A stretch of DNA of 55,806 nucleotides, taken from the IMG/VR virus record IMGVR_UViG_3300018890_000004, positions 1-55,806 of that record; one strand, given 5' to 3'. Positions 19,400 to 29,254 of the stretch are shown in pieces. The notes under the pieces are model-generated. The model was given only the letters and a program-made list of their open reading frames with translations, was not told where the DNA came from and made no database searches. The position numbers and the translations under genes are program-made. The stretch comes from a virus (taxonomy: Duplodnaviria; Caudoviricetes). How positions within the stretch are numbered: the stretch's first letter is position 1; the number at the start of each line of letters is the position of its first letter.

Positions 19400-19864
19400 A
19401 TGAACGCTAAACAGACAGAAGAGTTATTGAAATTGATAAATACTGTATCAGTACACATCTTTGGTTATACAGCTTGCCAAAGTGGTAAAAAGTATGTGTT
19501 TAAAGACACTGATGGTGATTTAGTCCACATCACAAAGAAAAAGTACGCGTTTAGTTTGTCAGATATTGGCGCTTATACTGTCAACTACGCTAGAGAAGTA
19601 CTTAATGATTTCCCTGTTACCCATAAAGACTATACGTCAAATATGCCAAATATTGAAAAGTTAGAATCTGTTTTAGAAGGACGGCTTGAACTTTTAGAAA
19701 CTGTTACTGAAAAAAAAGCTGAAACAGTTGGCAACATTGAAAACTTTAAGCAGCAAGTATTTAAAAAATATCGTGTCACATCTCTTAATGATTTGAGAAA
19801 AGTTTGCACATCAGCTAAAAACCTTGATTTGAGATTCAAAGATAATTGGAAAAATCTGCTTTAA
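19400..19864 (+). CDS. hypothetical early protein
   Basis: Downstream of operator-promoter 19347, GAGG SD. Confidence 0.8.
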   Translation: MNAKQTEELLKLINTVSVHIFGYTACQSGKKYVFKDTDGDLVHITKKKYAFSLSDIGAYTVNYAREVLNDFPVTHKDYTSNMPNIEKLESVLEGRLELLETVTEKKAETVGNIENFKQQVFKKYRVTSLNDLRKVCTSAKNLDLRFKDNWKNLL

Positions 19865-19922
19865 CACCTTGACAAATATCTAGACGTTCATCTATAATAA
19901 AAGGAGTTAAGGAGAATGAAAA

Positions 19923-21896
19923 ATGTTACAAGGTGTAAGAGATTTGGCGGTATGGTCAAAAGTAAAGAATACTAAAGGTGTTCATGTTGACCGTATAGAC
20001 ATCGATGAAGATTTGTTAAATATTTATGATTTTGACCTTGAGCCTATACCCCATTGGGAGCCGTCTGTAAAGCTTCCCCTGTACGATGAAGTCTCAAAGG
20101 TCTTTTTTGATATTGAAACACATAGTGATGATGCAGATGACCCTAAATCATCTTTGAAGCCTGAAAAATCCCGTATAACCCTTATAGGGTTAATGAATGA
20201 AAGAGGACGCACCCATATCATCAACTGTGAAGACATGGGGGAACGTCAGGGAATATTGGAGTTTTTCAACATCATTGCTAAGAAAAAACCTACATTTTTA
20301 ACAGGTTTTAACATCTTTAAATTTGACTTACCTTTTATCATTAAACGCTGTGAAATTTTGGGTATCAGTCACCCATTTACAGTGTCTGAAAAGGAAACAG
20401 TAATTGAAAACGCCAAAGAGTTTGGAACGTCCGTAAGATACCAAAATATTTGGTTAGATTGGGCTAAGACTACCGCAATTGTTGACCTTTATCATCAAGC
20501 TTTATTGTGGGATAACGTACAAAGAAAGCTCACACGTTTTGGTTTAAAATACGTACCTCTGCAAATGAAATTGATTGAAGAGGTACCCAAAGAGCTATCA
20601 TACCCAGAGATAAGACAAGCTATTGCAGACTGGGAAGCGGGGGGACGTGATGAACTTATCAAGTACCTAGAATCTGACCTTATACTCACTCAGAAATTAG
20701 GCAATTATCTGATTCCAGATATTTACTATCAAAAACAACTGTTACCACATTGGAATTATCAATCCCTAGGCACTGGCGGAATGGGTACCAAGTGGAATGA
20801 TATTCTGATGACTGCCTATCAAAGCCTAATACATCGCCAAGCACTACGAGTAAAACCTTCATCAGACACAACTACAGATTTTAAGGGTGGGTTGGTTGGT
20901 AGCCGTGCGGGGTTGTACCGTAACGTGTCTAAAATTGACGTGGCTAGCCTTTACCCGTCAATCATGTTACTCTACGGCATTCACAGTTACAAGGATGTTA
21001 AACGGCTAATTCTGGCTATCCTCAAGAACATTTACACCGAACGCTTGAGACTCAAAGCAATAGCTGAAACTAAAAAAGGCACTGAGGAAGGACGCATAGC
21101 CAAGCAAAGACAAGGTGCTTTAAAAATTCTCATTAACTCTGCTTATGGGTTTTTGGGAACAAAAAACAAAGAGTTCAATGATTATGTTGCGGCTGCACTG
21201 GTCACGGCGTACGGTCGAGCCATACTGAAACGAATGATTGAGCTTTGCATAGAAGCGGGGGGTGTCCATGCCAACTGGGACACAGACGGCTTGTATTATG
21301 CCACTAACGACCCTGATTTTAAGGAAAACGATAGAATATACAACTACATCCAAAAACACCTGCCAGAAGGCATAAACATAGAGCATGAGGTGCAAGCAGC
21401 AGGTTTTTACGTTCCCCCCGCTTCAGATAAGGATGCAGAAGATGGCGAGGGACTGCGGAAAAACTACATAATTGTGTTTCGCAATGGAGAGGTAAAAGCT
21501 AATGGCAAGTACAGAAAGCGTGATAAGTGCGGGTTGGAAAAAGATTTTATACCCAACGTGGTTAAGGCATACATAGAAAAGCCTGAAAATGCTAAAAAGT
21601 ACTATCAGCAAGTACTTACTCAACTAATGACACGCTCATATGATACCGAAAAGCTGAGCATAACACGCAAAATTAAAGTAGGGGAGAAAAGACTGGTAGA
21701 ACTGGGTATCGGGCAAGAACAGGATGTAGTGACATACTACAAAGCCCCCGACAAACCGATAATAGGTAAGCGGGGGCAAGTACTCAAAAAAGTTGAGGTT
21801 ATGCACTCAACAAGCACGGCTGATATTGACTGGCTGTATTACATAAACATGGTTCAGGAAATGTGGGCAGAATTCGAGTCAATGCCTAAATATTAA
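19923..21896 (+). CDS. polB: family B DNA polymerase with 3'-5' exonuclease
   Basis: Exo FDIET and FDLPF. Pol DVASLYPS, KILINSAYG and DTDG. Confidence 0.95.
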   Translation: MLQGVRDLAVWSKVKNTKGVHVDRIDIDEDLLNIYDFDLEPIPHWEPSVKLPLYDEVSKVFFDIETHSDDADDPKSSLKPEKSRITLIGLMNERGRTHIINCEDMGERQGILEFFNIIAKKKPTFLTGFNIFKFDLPFIIKRCEILGISHPFTVSEKETVIENAKEFGTSVRYQNIWLDWAKTTAIVDLYHQALLWDNVQRKLTRFGLKYVPLQMKLIEEVPKELSYPEIRQAIADWEAGGRDELIKYLESDLILTQKLGNYLIPDIYYQKQLLPHWNYQSLGTGGMGTKWNDILMTAYQSLIHRQALRVKPSSDTTTDFKGGLVGSRAGLYRNVSKIDVASLYPSIMLLYGIHSYKDVKRLILAILKNIYTERLRLKAIAETKKGTEEGRIAKQRQGALKILINSAYGFLGTKNKEFNDYVAAALVTAYGRAILKRMIELCIEAGGVHANWDTDGLYYATNDPDFKENDRIYNYIQKHLPEGINIEHEVQAAGFYVPPASDKDAEDGEGLRKNYIIVFRNGEVKANGKYRKRDKCGLEKDFIPNVVKAYIEKPENAKKYYQQVLTQLMTRSYDTEKLSITRKIKVGEKRLVELGIGQEQDVVTYYKAPDKPIIGKRGQVLKKVEVMHSTSTADIDWLYYINMVQEMWAEFESMPKY

Positions 21897-22139
21897 TCAC
21901 ATTTGACGATTCCAGTGTTCTGGAAATTCCCCATCATCCCCCGCTTCTACAGTCGGGGGTTTTTCATTTATGTGTAAACCGATGTTGAAAACGTATTTTG
22001 TAGATGCTAACCATGCTGATTTAATAGTGTCGGGCAGTTCCTCCCACTGTGGCATAGTGAGACCCTGATAATTTTTAAAATCTGTCACCAGACCGTATTG
22101 AATGTATGCAGATTTAGCCAAATCATCAAAATTAATCAT
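21897..22139 (-). CDS. hypothetical phage protein
   Basis: MPQWEELPDTIKSAW motif typical of small phage proteins, coupled to the upstream gene. Confidence 0.7.
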   Translation of the reverse strand: MINFDDLAKSAYIQYGLVTDFKNYQGLTMPQWEELPDTIKSAWLASTKYVFNIGLHINEKPPTVEAGDDGEFPEHWNRQM

Positions 22140-22438
22140 AGCAAGCCTTCCTCATACAACTGCCACTGCAAACGATACCCTTCTAGCTGCCAAAGCTGGC
22201 GTTCTGCGTCCTGTCTAGCCACTTTACGACCTATTTCTAGGTTAAAGTTATCAGGGTCAATTACAGCCCCTCTACCAGCTATTGTGAACCCGTTTTCTAA
22301 TTGATAAGAAACTATCAACTCTTTGTTCCAGAAAATATGCTCCTCTATGTCTGCATTGTCTAGCAGTTGTTTGATTTGGTCGTAGGGTACGCGCTTATCG
22401 TTGTGGTGTTTTTCGATAAGTTCCTGTAACTCATCCAT
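22136..22438 (-). CDS. Gp49/Gp66-family phage protein
   Basis: LENGFTIAG.GA.IDP.NFN.EIG..VA...A...LWQLEGY.L motif. Confidence 0.85.
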   Translation of the reverse strand: MDELQELIEKHHNDKRVPYDQIKQLLDNADIEEHIFWNKELIVSYQLENGFTIAGRGAVIDPDNFNLEIGRKVARQDAERQLWQLEGYRLQWQLYEEGLL

Positions 22439-22452
22439 ATACTTTTTTTAGA

Positions 22453-22959
22453 CTACATATCTAGACTTGTTAATACTCTATCATGTCCTGCATACCTGCC
22501 ACCTTGATAAGTTTTGGTAGGTACGTCTGTATTGAAAATAACTAACTGACCGACTCTCATTCCTGGATAGATTGGCAATGCATGCACGGTCGAGTAGTTT
22601 TTCAATTCGAGTGTAAGTATCCCGTGAAAACCATTGTCCACCCAGCCAGCCATAGCATGACTAAGACCCTCACGAGCGCGGGAACTTTTAAGTTTTATTT
22701 CACAAGTTATGTGAGGTGGAAGATTAAAAGATTCAAGTGTAGAAACCAATAAAAATTCATTGGGTCTAAGCATATACGGGTTTAATCTTGATAACTTATC
22801 AAAACCCGGATATAGTTCAAAACCTCTGACTGTTTCTACTTGTGCATCATAGCCAATTCTAAAATCTAAGCTTGAAGGGTTTAACATCTCCTCATCCCAA
22901 GGAGACACAAAACCATGTTTACATAAATTTCTTATTTGCCAGTCACATAAAAGTGTCAA
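22453..22959 (-). CDS. dcd: dCTP deaminase
   Basis: NPSSLD, KSSRAREG, AGWVDNGFHGILTLE, GMRVGQL, GRY motifs. Confidence 0.92.
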   Translation of the reverse strand: MTLLCDWQIRNLCKHGFVSPWDEEMLNPSSLDFRIGYDAQVETVRGFELYPGFDKLSRLNPYMLRPNEFLLVSTLESFNLPPHITCEIKLKSSRAREGLSHAMAGWVDNGFHGILTLELKNYSTVHALPIYPGMRVGQLVIFNTDVPTKTYQGGRYAGHDRVLTSLDM

Positions 22960-22963
22960 TTGC

Positions 22964-23332
22964 CTAACTCCTAATATTTATAACCCTTTCTATAACTGCA
23001 TTGTTCAAAACGTTTTTGAGGTTGTATATCCAAGGCTCAATAAATACGCTTTGCTCGTGTGAATTCATGATATAACGGTCAACATACCAAAGCGCTTTTT
23101 TCAAGTCTTCTGTAGTATCTGTAAACCACAGGAAAGTTTTTTTCTTTCCCAATCTCCACAGGTATTTGAAACAGCTACCTAAAGAAAAATCAAAACCTAA
23201 TTCTTCAATAACTTCTATACATTCAAAATCAAAAGTTTCTTTATGGGGGTATTCTGCCTGTGATAACAAGTGTTTTCCCAAGTCAGAACACCCCTGATAA
23301 TGGTCTGGATGATGAACCTTTTCAGAAAACAT
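22964..23332 (-). CDS. DUF3310 (SaV-like) protein
   Basis: VHHPDHY...ECIEVI...LG..FKYLWRLGKK...EDLKKALWY. Confidence 0.9.
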   Translation of the reverse strand: MFSEKVHHPDHYQGCSDLGKHLLSQAEYPHKETFDFECIEVIEELGFDFSLGSCFKYLWRLGKKKTFLWFTDTTEDLKKALWYVDRYIMNSHEQSVFIEPWIYNLKNVLNNAVIERVINIRS

Positions 23333-23347
23333 AGTAAAGCACCTTTA

Positions 23348-23881
23348 CTAAGTGGTAGGGGGGTCAATAATGGTTTTTACGTTGTCAAAAATATTAACAC
23401 CGCCAACAGAAAATACATAATTTCTAGGGTCAAATATCAATGAGAATGTACCTAGTGTAACTTCCACATAGTAGCACATCATTGTTACTTCGGACTCTAG
23501 ACCTTCATCCGACAACTCACCAAAAGGAAAAGAGGATACAAACCCTCTAACCCTAACTACATAGGGAATTACGTTGCCAGCATCATCTTCTATACACGAG
23601 GTAGCAGTCAACATCAAAGTACTAGCCATACCACGCGCTAGAGCCTCTAGGAACTCCCTAAAAACACTCTTGACGGTAAAGCTAGCTTCTACCTCATTAA
23701 ATTGTCTAGGACGGGGAACAACGCCCAATTCACCAGCCCTTTTGGTAGTATCAAAATCTCGTTCAAGAGTTGGCAATGTAAGACCAGTGATGACACCTTT
23801 TAGATTTGCTGTTATGTCTGTAGTCCCATCAAAAAATACTGTAGCGTTCCAGTGATTAACGTCATAGAGTGACTGTGGCAT
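23348..23881 (-). CDS. major tail tube protein (P2 FII-like)
   Basis: 177 aa. Pattern LTLPTL...RAG..G, YVEVTL.....IFDPRNYVFSVGGVN matches P2-type tube proteins. Confidence 0.75.
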   Translation of the reverse strand: MPQSLYDVNHWNATVFFDGTTDITANLKGVITGLTLPTLERDFDTTKRAGELGVVPRPRQFNEVEASFTVKSVFREFLEALARGMASTLMLTATSCIEDDAGNVIPYVVRVRGFVSSFPFGELSDEGLESEVTMMCYYVEVTLGTFSLIFDPRNYVFSVGGVNIFDNVKTIIDPPTT

Positions 23882-24320
23882 CTGCTAAAACCTCACATTT
23901 ATGTGCTTGCTCGTAATCAAAATACCAAGGTATTGAAAAAGTTAATATAGCTCTCCACTTACCAGAATCGGGGGTGAAACATTCAAAAGAATTTATTTTG
24001 AGAAGACCACAACCAGGTAATTTTTTGTTATGCAGCCTGAATATCAAACGGCTAACAAGAGTATAAAGATTGGCTTTTTCTTCGGTTATGTAACCACAAC
24101 CACCCCCCGCTTCCTCTGAAACTGTGCGACGTTCGGCAGCTACTGAAATTTTTACTACTGTGTTCAAGTGGTCTTTTTGAGCTTCACCTGAAACAATAGC
24201 AAATGAAATATCAGTCTGTTCAAAAACACCTGAAACGTTCGGAATATTTGGTAAATCTATTACGTTGAAATCTGATAGCAGAGATAGCAAATTTTTGTTA
24301 ATTTCAGGTAACTCTATCAT
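23862..24320 (-). CDS. putative tail completion/terminator protein
   Basis: Size, position between virion morphogenesis and tube genes, and the LHNKKLPGC motif. Confidence 0.55.
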   Translation of the reverse strand: MIELPEINKNLLSLLSDFNVIDLPNIPNVSGVFEQTDISFAIVSGEAQKDHLNTVVKISVAAERRTVSEEAGGGCGYITEEKANLYTLVSRLIFRLHNKKLPGCGLLKINSFECFTPDSGKWRAILTFSIPWYFDYEQAHKCEVLADATVTL

Positions 24321-24760
24321 TTTTTCTTACGCTGATTAATCTTACCTTTTACCCTTCTTATTTGGGCTATAACAAGCTCATTTGCCTTTTTACGTCTCTC
24401 ACTATTAAAACCTACAACTACACGCGCTGCCATGCGACTAGTGCCGAAATGGTGCCATTTATATTTGGGGTCTCTGATACCAAATCTAAAATTTTTATCA
24501 GTTGCAGTATAGTAAAGCGTGTTATACATCGTGAAAGTCTCACGCAACTTAAACGATGTTTTTTTCTGTGCAAGTGTAGCAGGTTTCAAAGGTTCCCATG
24601 GTTTACCATCTGGGTCTATTTCTCGCTTAAACTGGTCTTGAGTTTCTCGTTCCATATACACCCCGAAATCCCTAAAAGCGGGGGCAAGATTTGAAGTAGT
24701 TTGTTTTAACTGCTTCATAAAATCTTTGAAGTTTTTAGCATCTAGGGAAATTTCAAACAT
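24317..24760 (-). CDS. phage virion morphogenesis protein (P2 S / Mu G-like)
   Basis: F..E.DPDG.PW.PL..ATL..K, Y..WHHFGT..MAAR..VG. Confidence 0.88.
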   Translation of the reverse strand: MFEISLDAKNFKDFMKQLKQTTSNLAPAFRDFGVYMERETQDQFKREIDPDGKPWEPLKPATLAQKKTSFKLRETFTMYNTLYYTATDKNFRFGIRDPKYKWHHFGTSRMAARVVVGFNSERRKKANELVIAQIRRVKGKINQRKKK

Positions 24761-25091
24761 TAGGAAACTCTGAAACAGCTACGTATGAAAAAGAAACCTT
24801 ATCACCTAATAAATCCGTCAAACCTGCTATCCGGGATTGTATAACAGGTTCAACGGTTAACACTAGCCTTACACCATTTACCACACCACGGAAAATCGTA
24901 CCAGGAACACACCAATCAGGAACTTTTTCAGGGTCAATCATCCGACCAGAACACGAGCCTTTACTATCATTTCGTAGCAAGTCTGCAATATATCGACCCT
25001 GTGTGTTTCTTAATGTACAGATGATTCTTTTTTGTCCATCCGTTGTTGTTAACTCGGATTTAAGAAATAAATCATCACTGTAAACAGTCAT
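24753..25091 (-). CDS. putative head-tail joining protein
   Basis: Position in the neck region and size. Confidence 0.5.
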   Translation of the reverse strand: MTVYSDDLFLKSELTTTDGQKRIICTLRNTQGRYIADLLRNDSKGSCSGRMIDPEKVPDWCVPGTIFRGVVNGVRLVLTVEPVIQSRIAGLTDLLGDKVSFSYVAVSEFPNV

Positions 25092-25360
25092 TTTTTAAAC
25101 AATGATGTTTTCTTTTCTTCTTTTGGAGGTTCTTCTTCAGGGGGCTTTTCTTGTTGCGGTTCCGTGTAACCTTCAACAATAATAATTTTCATTTCTACAC
25201 AACTTTTAAATTCTTCGTTGTTATCCTGAAGAAATTTAACGATTTTATCAGTAACAACCTTAGAAACACCACTTTCAAGAAGTAGAGAACCTTCTGGAGT
25301 GCCAAGCCCTAAAGCGGGGGTAGCATATGGTGAGCGGGGAACGTATGTTAATTTTGCCAT
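25088..25360 (-). CDS. hypothetical protein downstream of capsid
   Basis: 90 aa, operon context. Confidence 0.7.
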   Translation of the reverse strand: MAKLTYVPRSPYATPALGLGTPEGSLLLESGVSKVVTDKIVKFLQDNNEEFKSCVEMKIIIVEGYTEPQQEKPPEEEPPKEEKKTSLFKK

Positions 25361-25381
25361 TTTTTTAGTAAAGGTGCTTTA

Positions 25382-26413
25382 CTATGTGGTAGCGTTGCTG
25401 TAGTCGAAATACATCATCTTCTCATCCTCAAAGTTGAGAACGCCGGACGTTGAACCTATCATTATTACTTCCCATTCCAATGTAGAACGCTGGAACGGTT
25501 GGAAAGGACGACGGGCGTAGAAATGACGCTCAGGGTTGTATGTTGTGGCTTTGAAGACTATACGGTCTTGGCTGGCTGGGTAATAACCTGTGGCTGACTC
25601 GTTCCAAATATGCTTTGAAAGCTCATCACCTGCCAACTCATTACGAACCTGAATTGAAGAGACACCAAGCCCCAATTCTTCAGACTGTAACATTTGCTTG
25701 ACAGTCATTCCACCAACTGTCTGACCGTTAGAAGTCTTGTAAATTTCCACCAACCGTCTACCCAGCTTTGGAGCTATCATCATCTGAACTTGTCCGGGAT
25801 TTGACAGCCTAGCGCGAGCAATAAACGCGTATATCAAATCAGTCATATTTTCATACAACTCATCTGTTGTCAGCGTGTATGCTCCCCCCGCTTTAACGTA
25901 TGGGCGGAAAGCTACATCAGAAACGCTTATACCTATCTGGTCTAAAACACCTCGGATACCCACTTTAGGATAGCCGTAAAGGGCTGTGTAATGTTCCCTA
26001 CGATTAAAGTAGTCGGCAGCTATATCCTGCTTAGCTGTGACGATGTTGAGGGTAGGCATTGCACTGTTGGAAGCTTGCGCTGTACGCATCTTCTCAAGCT
26101 GCAAAACGTTCCAGTTTGCACCTTGTACAAACATTGCACAGGGTACAGTCTTTTTACCAATGGCAAGTTCTACTGTAGGGATATCATCACCGTTGCCATC
26201 ATAAAGTGCCGCCATTTGTCCGGCGTCACTCTTGAAATATGCGTCTAGAAAATCCAAACCTAAAGGTAAATCACCTACGGCACGATGAAAGTTTTGCTGC
26301 GGGTTTAGACCCCATAAATCATCATAATTAGTTTCGTAAAGTCGAGGAAGAGTTTTAGTTAACTGCTCATTTAAAAAATGACCAATTATTTTGGTGTTGG
26401 CTGGAAAAACCAT
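25382..26413 (-). CDS. major capsid protein (DUF2184-like)
   Basis: 343 aa. FLNEQL...LYE..Y, DDIPTV and ALYG....GI.G.L motifs, in context after DUF2213 and a decoration gene. Confidence 0.82.
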   Translation of the reverse strand: MVFPANTKIIGHFLNEQLTKTLPRLYETNYDDLWGLNPQQNFHRAVGDLPLGLDFLDAYFKSDAGQMAALYDGNGDDIPTVELAIGKKTVPCAMFVQGANWNVLQLEKMRTAQASNSAMPTLNIVTAKQDIAADYFNRREHYTALYGYPKVGIRGVLDQIGISVSDVAFRPYVKAGGAYTLTTDELYENMTDLIYAFIARARLSNPGQVQMMIAPKLGRRLVEIYKTSNGQTVGGMTVKQMLQSEELGLGVSSIQVRNELAGDELSKHIWNESATGYYPASQDRIVFKATTYNPERHFYARRPFQPFQRSTLEWEVIMIGSTSGVLNFEDEKMMYFDYSNATT

Positions 26414-26422
26414 GATTTTCTA

Positions 26423-26953
26423 CTAAATAATATCAGGGAGGGACACACGAACTAAACCGGGGGATGTAACGCGCTCTAAAAACTTCGCACCTGGTACAGG
26501 GTCAAGACCAGCACCGGGGGCATTTGACAACGCACCTAGCCGAGTAAAAGCGCCGTCAGCAGCATAACGATTGTGTACGGGGTCGCCAATTTCTGCTGGT
26601 CTTTCTGCATACATGACCATGTCACCCTCTTCTAGAAGGCTCACAATAGTACCTTGTGGGTAACTAAATACTTTCTGGGTTGCGTCCCAATTCAACACAC
26701 GTTGAAAGTTCAAAAGGGAAGCGCCAAATATTTTGGCACCAGCTACAGTTGGCTTTGAAACTGTCTCAAAACCCAACGTAGTATTGCTGGTCATTGTGAC
26801 AAAAACACCACATTCTAAAGGCTCACCCGCCAAAGGTTCAAATGCGCAAAATCTGTACTGGCGCATCATCAAACTAATTATCATACCCTGGAATCTTTCA
26901 GGGTAAAGCGGGGGGGTATTTACTGAATAAATAGGTTGTAAATTAAGAGCCAT
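26423..26953 (-). CDS. capsid decoration/cement protein
   Basis: Y..G..VSLL.EG.M.M...A..GDPV pattern, located between DUF2213 and the capsid gene. Confidence 0.7.
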   Translation of the reverse strand: MALNLQPIYSVNTPPLYPERFQGMIISLMMRQYRFCAFEPLAGEPLECGVFVTMTSNTTLGFETVSKPTVAGAKIFGASLLNFQRVLNWDATQKVFSYPQGTIVSLLEEGDMVMYAERPAEIGDPVHNRYAADGAFTRLGALSNAPGAGLDPVPGAKFLERVTSPGLVRVSLPDII

Positions 26954-26955
26954 AA

Positions 26956-27969
26956 TTAAACCTTGCCAGTTTCCATAAGCTTGATATATTTGTCACGAAC
27001 ACTATCAACCTGAGAGTCAAAATTCATAACTCGTGACGATGGTGTTGACCGTTGATAAGTCGTGTCTGGTAAAGCGGCTTGACCGTCTACCTGTAGCTTG
27101 CTTTCATCGGATACAAAATTAAGCCAAAAACCCTTTAGAACTGCATCATCGTTGAGAGCTTTTATAGTTTTTTCCGGATAGTAACAACTCAAAATTAAAC
27201 GTTTGATGCTTGTAGAATCCAAGCTGTAGTCAATGGCTTTTTTATGTTCTTCTAAAACTGGTTTCCAAGTTGATAGCAACTCTACCCGTTCTTCAATATC
27301 TAAATTCATTTTCTCTTGGGTTTCTTTGTTTCCGTCAGTGTTATTACCAGCTTCATTACTGCCAGTAGTAAGGGTTTGAATATTCTTATCAATTTGTGAG
27401 TCAGTGGAGGGTTTTTCACCATTTGTGACATTTTCAGCGTCGTTTTGCGCTTTTTCTTCAAAAATTAAAATTTTTGACTCTTCACCAGCCCTAGGGGTGT
27501 ATTGTTCACCCAGTCCTGTGAAATGGTTGTATACGCGATTTTTCTGTATCAGAACGCCGTCATTATTAGGTTCTTTATCGGCAGTATATCCGGCAGAAAT
27601 ATACTTGATTTTCCCCGATACAATACCCTCTACCATTTCGGCATCATGAACAATAGCAGAAAGTACCAAAGCACCAGTTGCTTCGTCTTTTGAATACTCT
27701 TGTAAAACTACACCTTTTGAAAAATTGCTGTAGTTTTTGCTGTTAATAGGTCTGGGTGGATGTTCCGGATAGGTAAGGTGTTTACCCATCGCAGTTTTAA
27801 TACTTGCCTCATCAAAAAGAGAATCTTCTTGAATAATCTCTTTTCTTTTTCCCCCATCGTAGACAAGAGTTTTATTAGGAACACCGCCAACAATCCATAA
27901 ATTGGCGTACCCTTCCGGCGTTATTTCGTAGTTTTTTATCCTGAAACTATCAGTATTGAATTCAACCAT
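26956..27969 (-). CDS. DUF2213 head maturation protease/scaffold
   Basis: ITPEGY, LF..ASI, T..EHP, ISAGY, Q.N..YNH and RAG motifs. Confidence 0.85.
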   Translation of the reverse strand: MVEFNTDSFRIKNYEITPEGYANLWIVGGVPNKTLVYDGGKRKEIIQEDSLFDEASIKTAMGKHLTYPEHPPRPINSKNYSNFSKGVVLQEYSKDEATGALVLSAIVHDAEMVEGIVSGKIKYISAGYTADKEPNNDGVLIQKNRVYNHFTGLGEQYTPRAGEESKILIFEEKAQNDAENVTNGEKPSTDSQIDKNIQTLTTGSNEAGNNTDGNKETQEKMNLDIEERVELLSTWKPVLEEHKKAIDYSLDSTSIKRLILSCYYPEKTIKALNDDAVLKGFWLNFVSDESKLQVDGQAALPDTTYQRSTPSSRVMNFDSQVDSVRDKYIKLMETGKV

Positions 27970-28094
27970 AAGAAAGTTATTATAAACCTTTCGTTGATTG
28001 AATTGTAGAGAAAAATCATGTCAATTAGCAATACAATCATCAAAACTAATCAATTAATTATCAATTCATTAATTATGAGTAAAGGTGCTTTACT

Positions 28095-28564
28095 AAAGCG
28101 GGGGGTGGTGTTTGCTTGACATATATAAGAAAAACTTATAACTAGTACAAATGTACACCAACTTTGAAACCTATACCCTGTAAGCATTTCCAAGTTTTCC
28201 AGAAAAATTCCAGGTTTTTCCAAGAATTTCCAACTTATAACCTTTACTGGGTAAGGATTTCCAGATTTCCAAGAAAAAATCCTTCCATTGCGCGTGAAGA
28301 CTATGTTTTTATGTATAAAAAATTTTTAAAATCGTCAAATACGTAAAAAAATATATATAAGGTATAGGTGGAAAACTTGGAAATCTGGAATTACACTCAA
28401 AAGCATTGTTGTGTATGGGTTTTCTCAACAAGCATTCTTGGAAAAGTTTGGAAAAACTTGGAAAAACCTGGAAATAATTTGGAAAAGCGCTGAAAGCCTT
28501 ATGGCTGCGTTTGTAGTATGTTTTTTCTTGTTGAGAATGTGTTACACCCGCCACCCCCGCTTCT
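28095..28564 (-). repeat. iteron cassette copy B (inverted relative to A and C)
   Basis: Reverse complement of copy A, e.g. TTTCCAAGAAAAAATCCTTCCATTGCGCGTGAA versus A TTCACGCGCAATGGAAGGATTTTTTCTTGGAAA. Confidence 0.85.
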
Positions 28565-28746
28565 ACCCTCGGTCATTCTCAACAGTGCAGCTGGTTATTG
28601 ACAATGAAAAAACCCCCTACCAGTGGCGGGGGCTTAGGCATCACTGCCCAGTATCTAAGGTGCATCGTCATCTAGTATAAAGTAAAACCCCCTATCTGTG
28701 AAATAGGGGGTGAAGGCTCATCATAATCACATAAATATTGTAACTA

Positions 28747-29253
28747 TTACGTTAAAATTACACTTGCATTTGGGTTTAAGTATTGATGAAATTCTACCAG
28801 TTTTGATTTGACTCTATCCCCAAAGTCGTACTGGTCTGACCAACGTCCTGTGAGCCTGTCTATGGTCGTTGCTATGCCTCTTGATACGAATCCATATCTA
28901 GGGTCAACAATGGGGTCTGCTGGCGTTCCTGTACGTACTCCATAAGCAAATAGATGTTGGATGAGCGCTCGCGTTCCTGTGAGCCAATCTGCAAAAGTGT
29001 GAAGGGTGGAACCTCCACCTATATCCCCGATGCCGCCTGGATTTTTTTTAGTAAACATATCCTCGTTTGTAAAGTTGAGGCTTTCGACCATGCATACACA
29101 CATGGCTATGTCAGCGCGTATGCTGTTGGCTGGTTTATTTCCTTCACTTAGCAGCATTGCTCCTAAATCAATTCCAACATCCAGATATTTACCTTGATAG
29201 TTTGGATTGTAGATTTTGATGAAGTCGTTCATCTGAGTAGAAGTTATCGGCAT
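28747..29253 (-). CDS. glucosaminidase-like peptidoglycan hydrolase (probably virion-associated)
   Basis: MVES..F...NPGGIG, F.DW..G.RALIQHL.AY, IVDPRY.FV.RG.A, L.GRW. Resembles cyanobacterial glucosaminidase domains and follows gpD. Confidence 0.75.
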   Translation of the reverse strand: MPITSTQMNDFIKIYNPNYQGKYLDVGIDLGAMLLSEGNKPANSIRADIAMCVCMVESLNFTNEDMFTKKNPGGIGDIGGGSTLHTFADWLTGTRALIQHLFAYGVRTGTPADPIVDPRYGFVSRGIATTIDRLTGRWSDQYDFGDRVKSKLVEFHQYLNPNASVILT

Positions 29254-29254
29254 T

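Noticed and set aside
28095-28564. Cassettes as MITEs or IS elements
   Set aside because: The terminal inverted ends are just the genome-wide 9-mer. No target-site duplication or transposase is seen and spacers are diverged. Not fully excluded.
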